Positions 1 to 11,646 of a stretch of DNA of 29,613 bases are shown one piece after another. A model generated the notes under the pieces. The model was not told where the DNA came from, searched no databases, and was given only the letters and a program-made list of their open reading frames with translations. The DNA comes from Neocallimastix sp. 'constans' (lineage: Eukaryota), in NCBI GenBank assembly GCA_050613775.1, contig JBODTK010000157.1, forward strand, positions 372,001 to 401,613, in the 5' to 3' direction. Position 1 is the stretch's first letter; the number at the start of each line of letters is the position of its first letter. The position numbers and the translations under genes are program-made.

Positions 1-586
1 CAAAACTCTTAATAATTATATCTTATTATATATACAAATAATTATATCTTATTATATATACAAATAATAATATCTATTATTAATAAAATTTTCTTTTTCA
101 GAATAATGATTTTAATAATAAATATTAATGTCTTTATCTTGTTCTATTTTAAATAATTAATAAAGTTTATTTCATTTATATTTATATTAAGCCCAAATTA
201 AAACAAACAAACAAATAAACTAACATAAAAGTATATTTATAATTTTATTGATAGGTTAAACATATCAATAAAATATAATTAAATTTATATATATATAAAT
301 CTTTTATTTTATTTTATTTTATTTATAATGAATTGATATTAATTTAAATAAATTGTTATTCTTTAGGAGAAAATAAAGAAAATTTATATAAACCAAATTT
401 CTCTATAAAAAAATTATTCATGAAATTTTTAAAAAAGATAAATCATTATTTGTTTAATAAGTATAGATATCATTTTATAAAAATTTTCTTTTTTATTTTA
501 TTGTATATTTTTTTTTTTTTATTTTATTTTATTATTTTTTATATTTATTAATTAAAAATTATGAATTTAAATAAAATAAAATGAAA

Positions 587-770
587 ATATGTACCGCTAT
601 CATGAGTACTTGGAATACTGATTTCATTGAGTGTAAAGTGTTTCATCGATATATTTATATATTTCCATCCAATGTGAATCAATATTATTGTCCTCTGCAT
701 TAACATTATTAATTAATGCTGCAAAAAAAAAAAAAAAAAAAAAAAAAATAGAAAATAGTAAAATCTTCAT
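587..770 (-). pseudogene. 5' fragment of a secreted PI-specific phospholipase C (PI-PLC X-domain) gene, frameshifted and truncated
   Basis: From ATG at 770 the minus strand reads MKILLFSIFFFFFFFFAALINNVNA-EDNNIDSHWMEIYKYIDETL (signal peptide with expanded poly-T). After a +1 T frameshift near 635 it reads TLNEISIPSTHDSGTY, matching the PI-PLC X-box start WM...L..ISIPGTHDSGTY with the catalytic His. No continuation seen at lower coordinates. Confidence 0.8.
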
Positions 771-1275
771 TGTTAAATAATAACATTATATATATTTTAA
801 CTTTTACTTTATATATGAAATGAAAAATCAGTATATACTAAAATATAATAGTTTGCAGTATATTTCAAATAGTGGACTTTTGTATGTGTTTTATGGACTG
901 GAGTCTTGTGAGACATACGTTGTAGACTTTATTAAGTACCTATATATCATTTTTTTAAATATAATAATTTAATGGTATTATCAAATAAAGTAATATTCAA
1001 AAAAAAAAAAAAAAAAAAAAAAAAAGTGTATAAATAAGCTCAGAATCATATATGTGTGACTTGTTATTATCATACAGGCATTAAATACAAAAGATAATTT
1101 AGTTTTGATGATATAAACATCAGTCTATACTATAAAATCTAATTTTTTAAAAAATTTATTTATTGAAAGTTTATTGATTTGTTATGGATAGTAAAATATA
1201 TCAATTTAATTACGACAATATGCCAGATCCTCATGAATACTTATATAAATGTATTATACTATTATAGATATCATA

Positions 1276-1396
1276 TCATACGACTAACAAATGTTTATTA
1301 TTCAAGTTAGTTATGTTACCAGATTGTTGTTGACTATGATCTATATTTTTACTGCCCCGACAAACAACAACAGATATATAATATCGCTAATAAAGC

Positions 1397-1443
<47 letters not shown>

Positions 1444-2048
1444 GAAAATGAAAGTATTATACCCTTCGCACCTTCACTATTAGATGGTCCAGCGGTTTTG
1501 CATAAGATAATCTTTATGATGATAGCATTTTTTTAGAGGAACATTCATCATCATTTTGGTATGTGTCTCCCATATGCTTTACCACAATACATATATGATT
1601 TTCTACCTCCTCTGTATATACTGTCACAATGCACAATTAAGTTTTGCATAGATCGTTAAAAAGCACAGAAACCGTTAAAAACATTTATCAGATAAACCTT
1701 CTGAATTCGGGGGTACAGTTAGCATATATAGTGGTCATACTTCTTTCAGATTCAATATTCGTACACTGACATAATGTCAGTAATAATATACTTTTTCATT
1801 TTTCCATCTTTCATCCTGGGAATTCAATAAAATTCTCCATATAGCGATTATCAGTTTTAACTCATAAATTGTCTTTACAATAAAAGGATAAAAAGAACAC
1901 ATTCTTTTATCTTTAATACTTTATCTTTGGTAAGATATTTGGGGATATCATCATACGTCATATCATCATATATATTGAATCTTCACCATTAATGAAAATG
2001 AATATAAAACATGATAATAAATATTGTTAAAAGTATTTTGTTGCTCAT
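1276..2048 (-). pseudogene. Degenerate Cys-rich single-pass (type I) membrane protein gene
   Basis: ATG at 2048. Signal-peptide-like MSNKILLTIF/LLSCFIFIFING-ED, then across several frameshifts and stops: LSDKCF-NGFC, VHCDSIYRGGRKSYMYCGKAYG-DTYQNDDECSSKK-CY, TAGPSNSEGAKGIILSF, an (ATT)n-expanded TM IIII...IALLAILYICCC, and a tail ending HLLVV* (TGA 1278-1276). From memory it resembles an expanded uncharacterised gut-fungal family; not searched. Confidence 0.75.
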
Positions 2049-2576
2049 TGCCTACTATTATATACAATCTTATTGTATATTTATCATTCTATTGATATAT
2101 ATATATATTATATATAATATTTATTATTAATAATATACTTTAAAAATCATTTTATTTACATATAGCATAATTACATATATTACATATATTCCGAGATATA
2201 TCTAATTATAATTTAAATATAATTTATATACTTTACATAATTTTAGTTTGGTAAATTGTTATACCATAAAGTTTACTCTTTCAATAATAGTTGAAGTTGT
2301 ATAAAAGAGTAGAATATTAATAAAAATAAAATTTCAATATAGAAAAATAAAATAAAAATTAATATATATGTATAGAGTTACAACAGTTATTAAATAAAAA
2401 ATTACAACTAAAAATAGAATAAAATTTTATTATATCGTTGGAACAATTTTTAATAATTTTTAGATTAGAAATGTTTAAAAAACTTTTATTGATTGGTTAA
2501 TCCTGATGGTAAATTGTGCTGCTGCGGATTATTTTTTATATTTTTTTTTTAAATTCTTTGGAAGATCATGTGTATT

Positions 2577-2608
<32 letters not shown>

Positions 2609-3330
2609 ATAGATAAATAAATAATATAAAGTTTTACTTTCAATTTCAATTTCAAATAAATTAATATATAAAATTTTAATTAATATGTAAAATTTTAATT
2701 AATATATAAAATTTTAATAAACACATAAAATTTTAATTAAAACAAAAAAACACAAAAAAAATATATATATATAGATGTATATATAGATGTATATATAGAT
2801 GTATATATGAATATATGGATATAGGTATGTATATATATTTATTCAAGTTCTATATAAATTTTATTTTATATAAATTTTATTAGATTTTATTAGATATTAA
2901 TTAATTAATTAATTAATAGAGAAAAAAAAAGCCAAAAAATAAAATATCAAACTTTTGACTGCTTACTTTAAATATTTAAATCTTATAAAAAAAATTCCAC
3001 TTTAGTATTAATTATATATAATTTATATAATATATATAATTTATATATATTGTGAGAAGGTTTTAAGATTTTTTTTTTTTTTTAATATTTTTTTTTTAAT
3101 AAGAAACAATAAAAAAAGAAAAAGTTTATTGCCTTATAAAAGTAATTTTTAGTAGAATAATTTTTTTTTTTTTTCCTTTTCAAAAGAAATCATATACTCT
3201 ATTGTATTATTAAATATAAAAATTCTTATTCTATTTTTCTATTTTATATATAAATATATATATATTCTTTCTTTTTCTTATTCTATTTTATATTATTAGT
3301 ATTAGTGTTATTATTATTTTATTTTTATTC

Positions 3331-3361
<31 letters not shown>

Positions 3362-4093
3362 AAATTTTTATTAACAAAGAGGGTGAATTTTTTTTTTTAT
3401 TTTTTTATTTTTTTATTTGTTATTAATGAAGAAGAAAAGAATGGTCCATATGAATTTTCTTTCATTTTTTTATATTATTAAATATTCATAAATATATTAA
3501 TTGGTGGTTTCCATAATTCAAAATAAAAATAAAAAAAAAGCTTTAATCGGCAGTAAATTTAATAATTTGATTTAAAATTAATTCAATTAATCGTTAGGCA
3601 GCTGTGGGAATTACAATTAATAATTATAAAAAAATTTTTATTATTGGCACCTCCTCATAAATAATTATATTACAAAGTATTATATATATTTTTTAAAGTA
3701 ATATATAATTATTTTTTAAAAGTAAAATAAATAATAATAAATAAATAAATAATAAATAATAAATAATAAATAATAAATAATAAATAATAAATAATTAAAT
3801 AAAAAGAGTATTTATTAATAATAATTAAATAATAAATAATTAATAATAAATAATAAATAAAATGAATCCAATGTTATACAAATTTTTTTAGTGATTAAAA
3901 AATTTCAATTAGTAGAAATTGTTTTAAATCTTATTTATTATAATTTTTTATCTTTTTTTTTTTAAAAATAATTAAAAATTAAAAAAGAAATAAAGAATAA
4001 AGTTTAACATTTATCATAAAAGATTATAATTGGTAAATGTTAATATGTTACTAATAAAAACTATTTGGAAAAAGAATAAAAAAAAAAAAAAAG

Positions 4094-4115
4094 TATAAAA
4101 GGAATTGAAAATCCC
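4094..4115 (+). promoter_or_regulatory. Candidate core-promoter motif, TATAAA followed by GA.TT(G/A)AAA(A)nTCCC, conserved upstream of five of six paralogs
   Basis: Found at 4094-4115, 14089-14109, 16950-16970, 22393-22415 and 26066-26088, about 220-345 nt upstream of each ATG, in otherwise poorly alignable AT-rich flanks. Confidence 0.5.
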
Positions 4116-4340
4116 AATTTATGTTTTTTTTTTCTTAAAACAAAAAAAAAAAAAAAAAAATAACAAATATTAATTATATATTATTAAATTAAAATATTAA
4201 TAATTATATAATAATTATATAAAATAAATAAATAAACAAACTTTTATATATTTCTCTAAAAAAGTATAATCAACTTTTATATTTTTTTTTTTTTTTTAAT
4301 AAATAAAAAAAGAAATTAATAATTAAATAAATAAATTAAA

Positions 4341-5537
4341 ATGGCTAGTACAAAAACTGATTTCAAGAGACGTTTCCCAAAAGTTGGTAGATGTTGTTGT
4401 TGCTGTGCTCCAAAAGTTTCAGTTTACGTTTGCACCATCATATTAATTGTAAGAATTAATAATAAAAATAAAAATAAGAAATTTAAGAAAAAAAAATTAA
4501 TATAAAAAGATATATGGAATGATAATTATAAATATATTTTAAAAATATATGAAAATATTATTTTATTTATTTTTATTTTTTATTGTTTTACAAATATAAA
4601 AATTGAAAATAAATAAATAAAATAAAATAAAACTAAAATTATAATAAAATTAAATTAAATAACAAATAGGTTTTTTATGTAATTGGAATATTTTTCTCAG
4701 GTTTATCATTAAATAAATTTGGAACCTATACCTCTTCTGTAACAAATATTCTTTCAAAGGTTGAATTAGTAGTACCAATATGTGTTACGATCTCACTTAT
4801 TTTATTACTTATTGGTATTGAAAAGGTAAATACATTTTATGTATAATTAAAAATAAATATATTTATGCATATATGTATATTTATATTATTTTAAATTTAA
4901 TATTAATATATTAATACTAATTAATATATATATATTTTTAAATATATAAAAAATATAAAGCGTAATAAAGTTTTTATGAACCAATTTAAAATTGTTTTCT
5001 TTATATATTTAATATATAGTTTATTTAGTTTTATCTATGGCATTTATTTATTTAATAATGATGAATATGTTAAAGAATCAATTAAAACTTTGAAAAATAC
5101 TTACAAAGAAGCTAATATGCCAAATTTCAGTGAACTACCTGATGAATTTTATCAGAATTCTATAAAAAATTCAATGAAGTTTTATATAGTTGAAGTTATC
5201 GTTATATACGCTCTTTTTGTAAGTATATCAATATATATATTGATTTAAAATAATTTAGTAATAATATATATTTATATTTATTGATAGTACGAAAGTTGTA
5301 TATACTAACTTTTATTTTTTATTATTATTATTGTTATTATTTTATTAAAACAACAAAAAAAAAAAAAAAAATAAAAAAAAATAATAATAATAATTATAAA
5401 AACATGTTTTCAAATAATAATAATAAAAAAATAATTAGGTATATTACTATTTATCTACCTGTAGCTATATTGAAGATATTGAAGAAGGTGCAAATGATGA
5501 AAATGATATCAGAAATTTAGAAAATAATGAATATTAG
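4341..5537 (+). CDS. 4-TM poly-Cys membrane protein, copy 1 (206 aa; exons 4341-4448, 4670-4825, 4961-5218, 5439-5537)
   Basis: Three phase-0 GT..AG introns; the spliced ORF is open: MASTKTDFKRRFPKVGRCCCCCAPKVSVYVCTIILI|VFYVIGIFF...LLLIGIEK|RNKVFMNQFKIVFF...IVIYALF|VYYYLSTCSYIEDIEEGANDENDIRNLENNEY*. Four hydrophobic segments; the same exon structure occurs in all six paralogs. Confidence 0.92.
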
Positions 5538-6463
5538 TTCTAAAAATTTTTTTTAAAGAAAGTTTAAAAAAAATAAAAGTAAAAATATTATATGTAATAT
5601 TAATAATAAATTATTAATATTATTAAGTTTGTTTTTTATTTTTTTATTTTAATATATATATATATTAATATGATATATATATATTAATATGTAGATGTAC
5701 ATATATTAATTTTAAAATACACCAATCTTAAAAAAAAAAATAAATAAAATAAATATAAAAATTAGAACAATTTTTATGTAAAAAAGAACAAAATAAATAA
5801 ATAAAAAAAATAAAAATAAAAATAAAAATAAAAGTCAAATTGAAATTAAAATTAATGGATATAAATAATGATATATTTTAATATTTTATTGTATTATATA
5901 TATATATATATTTTTTTTTTTTTATTCAATCTGTACTTTTTTACACTTCGTCTTTCTATTATTACTTTACCGCCAATACTCGAAGACGACTTGTCCAAAA
6001 TTCTTGCTTTTCTTGTTGTTTTTGAGAAAAAAAGTCATCCTCGATTGGAACATTGGATTTTCTAATTGCTACTTTCTTTTCCGTGAATTTCGTCACATGA
6101 TTTATTTTATGATTTTATGGATATTGGAAATTCTTTAATAAAAAAAATTAAAAAAAAAAATTAAAAAAAAAAAAAAAAAAAAAAAATAAATAAATAAATA
6201 AATAAATAAATTAAATTAGCTCTAAGTCTAAAGATTGGTGTATTTTAAAATTAATATAGCTGTATGGTTTCTGAAGGGATGAGCAAATAGTATAATAATA
6301 AAATCTTAATTGCTTTTTCAATTTTAAATGTAATCTTTATTTTTTATATTAATCATAACTGTAGTTTTTTAAATCAATTTTTCAATCAAAAGAATTTTTT
6401 ACACAATACTACTAACAATATTGTTTTTATTTTTTCTCTTATATTTCTAAAATTTTTCTGTGC

Positions 6464-6516
<53 letters not shown>

Positions 6517-6779
6517 CTTTATATATATTACTTTATATCTCTATATAAATTTTTTACTTTAGGTTTTTTTTAATTTTCATATCCTTGTAAAATATTTTTA
6601 TTTTTACTTAAAATAAATATATTATTTTACATTATATTTTATTGAATAAATAATTTTTCCACTAATATAGTTTTTTAATATATCTTAGGAAATTCAATTC
6701 ATGTGAAACAATTAACTTTTATAGTCAGTAAACTTAAATGTTAATATTTTATATATAATTCTTTGGTATACAATCCTTA

Positions 6780-9700
6780 TAATCAATTCACATTAAATAG
6801 AAATTAAGTCAGTTCTTTTATCATCAAACTCTAAACATGGATGCTTCTAGCTCAGTTAATACTACCCCCTTCCATCGTGGTTTCTACTGCTTCGGTAATC
6901 ATATGAACAATTATAGCCTTATCTTTATCCATGACCTTAATTCTTGGTCCCCTAGCAATCTAATGACTCAAGTTATTTGTAAGATCCCTAACTACAATGA
7001 AATTATTCCATATGTTAAGAAACTTTTTTCTCCAAGGTACGGCTCATACTTCATTATTAGGGTTAAATAAACACAAAAATGATCTCAACTTTTTCGACGT
7101 TTTAAATTTCTTAAGAGATAAAATTCCTGAAACAGGTAAAATTACCTGGACCTTGTGTAATAAACTTAAACAAATCAACAAGTCAAGAAAATCTAATAAC
7201 ATTGATGTTGAACTTAATCCTATAAAGAAAGATTTTTTTCTCTAGCCATCTAAATTCAAATTCTTCTTTCTTTAATCTCTGTATTAGTTGGAATATTAAC
7301 GGTTGGAATACTGAAAAGCGTGATAGTATCTTATATCTCAACTCTATTTTCAAACCTATATGTATCTGTTTACAAGAAACTGGAAAAAGTAAATATCTTC
7401 GAAAAGATGTTTCATCACTATTAATTCCATATTACAACTCAGTCTTCCTTAGAGCTAATCCTAAAACCCCTGGTATGAGAGGACTCTTTATTGGTGTTCA
7501 TTCTTCGTGCTCTTTCTTCCAAGAACCATTTTTATACAAATATATCATTTCAGTAAATATTACTTCTTTCTGGAATCAAAAATGTACTATTGGTAATATC
7601 TACTTCCCTCAAAGCAAAGTGGAAGGAAACAAGACTAGTTGCTTTTGATGAACTTTCTCAATGGTTACGTTTTCACAATAGAAAAAAAAAACGTTCCTGC
7701 TGTCCTAGTTGGTGATTTTAACATATCATTAAAGAAGATCAAAACATACATTTCAAATAATTTTCCTAATTGGTATATTGCTCTCTTATATAGTAATCAA
7801 TAAACTTATGCCAAAGGTACTAGATCATCTTGCATTGACTATGTCATCTATAATGAGGTTTTGACAACTCATATTAATAAAACCTCGGTTTGCACTTCAT
7901 TTTACGGTATTTCTGATCATAAACCTATTTTACTTTCTTGCAACAAAGTTCTCTCCGATGGCTTTATAAGGCCTGCTAAAGTCTCTAAATGGTTTACACA
8001 TTATTTGTAAAACAAAAAAAATTCAGATATTTTATCACATAATTATTTTTCAATCTTAGCAAATGACCTCGATTCTCATTACAATTCGCTTACGGCTGAT
8101 GAAATGGTAGAAAAATTTATCAATACAGCAAATATTATAGGGGAAAGATATTAAGACTTTCATTCCAACAAATTTAAAGAGCTCTGCTTTTTCATTGTCC
8201 TTATTACATTAAAAAAACTGTCTCATGGAAAACATATTGCATTTCGAAATATTAAGCCTTACTTTAACTGTGAAAATGTTGATAATTACCTTGAACAATT
8301 TAATAAATATGAAAAAACTTTGCAAATTAATCAAGAAAACAAAGAGCAAATTTCGTTCTGCTAGATTTAAGGCTAATATAGTAAAAAAATAGGTAATTAT
8401 TTTTTGAATAAAGATTTCAAAAATGGTTGGAGATGTTTAAAAAAAAATGGCTAAACCATCGGATTCATCTACCTCTCTTACTTACTTGCATAAAATCTAA
8501 ATTTGGTCAAGATATTATCTCACCTACTAAACAATTAGATAGATGGGCTGAATATTATAAAGATCTAGCTTCTGATCCCTCAGGTTACAGCCTTAATCGT
8601 AACTTTTGGATTCATGCTTTAAGGAATATTAGACTTAGATCCTCTACCTGGAATATCAACGGTCCTATTATGATTGAAGATATTAAAAAAAACTATTTCA
8701 TCTATGAAAAATAACAAAGAACCCTGCCTCGACGGTATACCGATTGAATTCTTACAAAGCTCTGTTTTGCAATGAAGAATTACTAGAAACACATCCTGCC
8801 GCTGGATTATGTCTTAAATTGATTTTTAATAAAATATGGAATGGGTCCTTTCCTAAAAAATGGAACTCTGCTTCTATTGTATCAATCCCTAAGAAAGGTG
8901 ACCTATCAGATTGTAGTAATTATCGAGGTATTTCTCTCATTAATGTTGGACTGAAAATCATTTCAAAAATTATAACAGTTAGAATATCTACTTACGCACT
9001 CTCACACAATTTCATTAGACCTGAACAATTTGGTTTTCGCAACCGTGAAGAATGCATTAGTTTATTCATTTCCGTTAGAGAAATATGCCAAAGAAGAAAA
9101 TTTCAAGGAAAATTCACATATTTAGCCTTTTTAGATCTTAAAAAAGCTTATGATTCAGTTCCTATTTTTAACATTCTTACTAAATTATATCATTATGGAG
9201 TACGTGGTAAATGTTTTGATTTTTCTTTGTAATTTATATACTTCATCTAAAGCTCGTGCTCGATTTGCTTCAATGTTATCAAATAAATTTCTTATTAAAA
9301 GAGGTGTTCGTCAAGGTTGTCCATTATCTCTGATCTTATTCAATTATTCAATTTATTCATCAATGATATACTAAATGACTGTGAAAAGTATGGTGTTAAT
9401 ATTGGAAGAAAAAAGTGTTGTGGTGGACTCTTTGCTGATGATGTTGTTCTCATTGCTCCAAGTTGCAAAAAATTTAGAAAAATTATTAAAAAAAGGTATA
9501 TAAATAGGCAAATTTAAATGAAACAACTTTTGGTATTGAAAAATGAGCAACTATGGTTATAAAACCAATGAATTTCCAATCTCCTCCAAACTATAGTGAT
9601 CCAACCTTCTATTTAGGAATGAATGCTATTCCTAAAGTTTCTAGTTATATTTATCTTGGTATTCCTTTTTCTGATGATCTCTTACTTATTATATCTCACA

Positions 9701-10810
9701 TGCACATGCATTTTAAAGTTAGAAAATCCCTTCTTTCATTTACACATTTCTTCTCAAATAAACTTATCCCTATTGCATACAAGAAAAAAGTTCTTCAATC
9801 CTTTGTTATTAGTAAAGTAACTTATTATTCTCCTTTACTTGGTTCAAACAAATCTAGAACGGCTGGAATTCAAACATTAATTAATACTGGTCTATTTTGG
9901 TGTATCCGGCTCCTTCTCTAAAAATGGTAAAACAAGTTCAGAAAACAATGACTATATTTAGACATAATTCTACTATGAGTACTTATGCTTTATCTCGAGA
10001 TCTAAGCATTCCTTCCTATTGCTGGTATCTGCACAGCCTTACAGATTAAATCATTTGCAAAATGGAATAAATCAAACTGTATTACAAAAGATCTTATTAA
10101 TTCTATTCCCAAAATGCCTCATTATTCCTGGACTAAAGAATCTAGAACATTGTATGAAAAAAATCAAAAAAATATAAATGTGAAAAATATGAAGATATTT
10201 TAGAATGTTACTGGAATTCAGTTTCCAAATTTCAAGGTATTAAAGGTCAAAACTACGATTGTAATAAGTTCTCAAACAATAAAGCTATAATTATGCTTAG
10301 CTTAAAATATCCCCAATTCAACTTAGGGTTTTCGTGGACTATACGTTTACGCTGTGGTTATAAATACAATACTACTATTGCTATTAGCATGGGTAGAGTT
10401 TCAGAAGATTGTCCCAAGTCTTGCTCCTGTTGTGGCGAAGATAAACAATCTTTTGAACATTGGATTTTTAAATGCGATGCTCTTGCATCTTTTAGATGGA
10501 ATTCTTTAAATTTCATCGATGATCTCTATGTTTTATTCCTTAGAAAGATTAGAGCGTCTAATCCTCTTTCTTCCTATGACTCTATCTCTGATTTTTGAAG
10601 ATTATATCAATCATTATATATACTTGTTCCTTCTTGGTGAGGACTTTAGTTTTAAATGAGCTACATTTCGATAGTGGGGAACAGAGACAATTAAATGAAC
10701 TTCTTTTCAAAGGTTCATCTGAGTCACCTGTTCCAAAAATTGTGGGCTTGGTGAAATTCTTAACAAGGGCAATACCTATCATAAGTAGTTCTTTTTGAGC
10801 TATTATTTGA
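6780..10810 (+). mobile_element. Degenerate non-LTR retrotransposon (LINE): N-terminal domain, APE endonuclease, reverse transcriptase, CCHC finger
   Basis: APE motifs SWNING (7286), LQET, GNIY, GDFN (7711), IDY (7834), SDH (7912). RT motifs IPKKGD..NYRGISL, QFGFR, FLDLKKAYDSV, GVRQGCPLS, LFADD (F at 9431), YLGI. C-terminal CSCCGEDKQSFEHWIFKC (CX2CX8HX4C, about 10422-10475). Many frameshifts and in-frame stops (e.g. TAA 7801). Ends are approximate; no TSD or tail seen. Confidence 0.95.
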
Positions 10811-10819
10811 TAGTATGAT

Positions 10820-10975
10820 TATTTTAAATCAATAATATCAGCATCTTTTCCACCAGTACTACATCACATACACATCATACATATATTTGCACACTCATTA
10901 TTCAGAAAAATTACTTAAATATTTAACACGATTTTCATCAATTGATTTTTTTCATTACATTATCAGTAATGATAA
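10820..10975 (-). repeat. Inverted copy of an unidentified dispersed fragment also present at 21395-21520 and 25458-25565
   Basis: The reverse complement ...AATCGTGTTAAATATTTAAGTAATTTTTCTGAATAATGAGTGTG...TGATGTAGTACTGGTGGAAAAGATGC aligns with ATCGTATTAATTAAAGTAATTTTTCTGAATAATGAATGTG...TGACGTGGCACCAATGGAAAAGATGC. Confidence 0.75.
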
Positions 10976-11458
10976 ATAATAATGATTAATATTCAAGTTA
11001 ATTGTGATTTGAGTAAATGTTATATTGACTATTATATTCACTATTGTCATCTAGGTATTGGAAAAATTCACAATGAAAATTTATTATTTTTTTTTTTTTT
11101 TCTTTAAAATTTATATTTAATTAATATTTAATTATTTTTTTAAAAGTAAAAAAAAAATAAAAAATAAAAAATAAAAAATAAAAAATAAAAAATAAAAAAT
11201 AAAAAATTAAAAATAAAAAATAAAAAATAAAAAATAAAAAATAAAATAAAATAAAATAAAAAATAAAATAAAATAAAATAAAATAAAATAAAATTAAATT
11301 AAAAATATAAATTATTATATATATATTTAAATTAAAGTAACTATATAAAATAAATAAAACGATCTTTTTATTTATTTTTATAAAAGATTATTTTCTACCT
11401 ATATATATATTTTTTCTTTTTGAATAAACAAAAAAAAAAAAAAAAAAAAAAAATTAAA

Positions 11459-11594
11459 ATGGCTAATACTAAAAGTGGTTTCAAGAGACGTTTCCCAAGA
11501 GTTGGTAAATGTTGTTGTTGTTGTGAACCAAAAGTTTCAGTTTTAGTTTGCACAATCATATTTATTGTAAGTATTGATAATAAAAATAAGAAAT

Positions 11595-11646
<52 letters not shown>

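Noticed and set aside
242..274. 12-bp hairpin ATTTTATTGATA...TATCAATAAAAT
   Set aside because: Almost all A/T; plausible by chance at this composition, with no associated element.
3540..3660. Three GGCA-containing motifs upstream of copy 1 as transcription-factor sites
   Set aside because: Short, not conserved upstream of the other paralogs, and not supportable from sequence alone.
4976..5248. ORF-track proteins starting M[NK]QFK (4976, 12236, 15090, 23577, 27097) and ORFs 11947, 14766 and 17876 as standalone small genes
   Set aside because: They are exon 2 or exon 3 of the spliced genes read through into introns; conserved GT/AG sites define the real boundaries.
6837..10798. The RT as a retron, DGR, group II intron or telomerase
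   Set aside because: An upstream APE endonuclease and a C-terminal CCHC finger identify a non-LTR retrotransposon.
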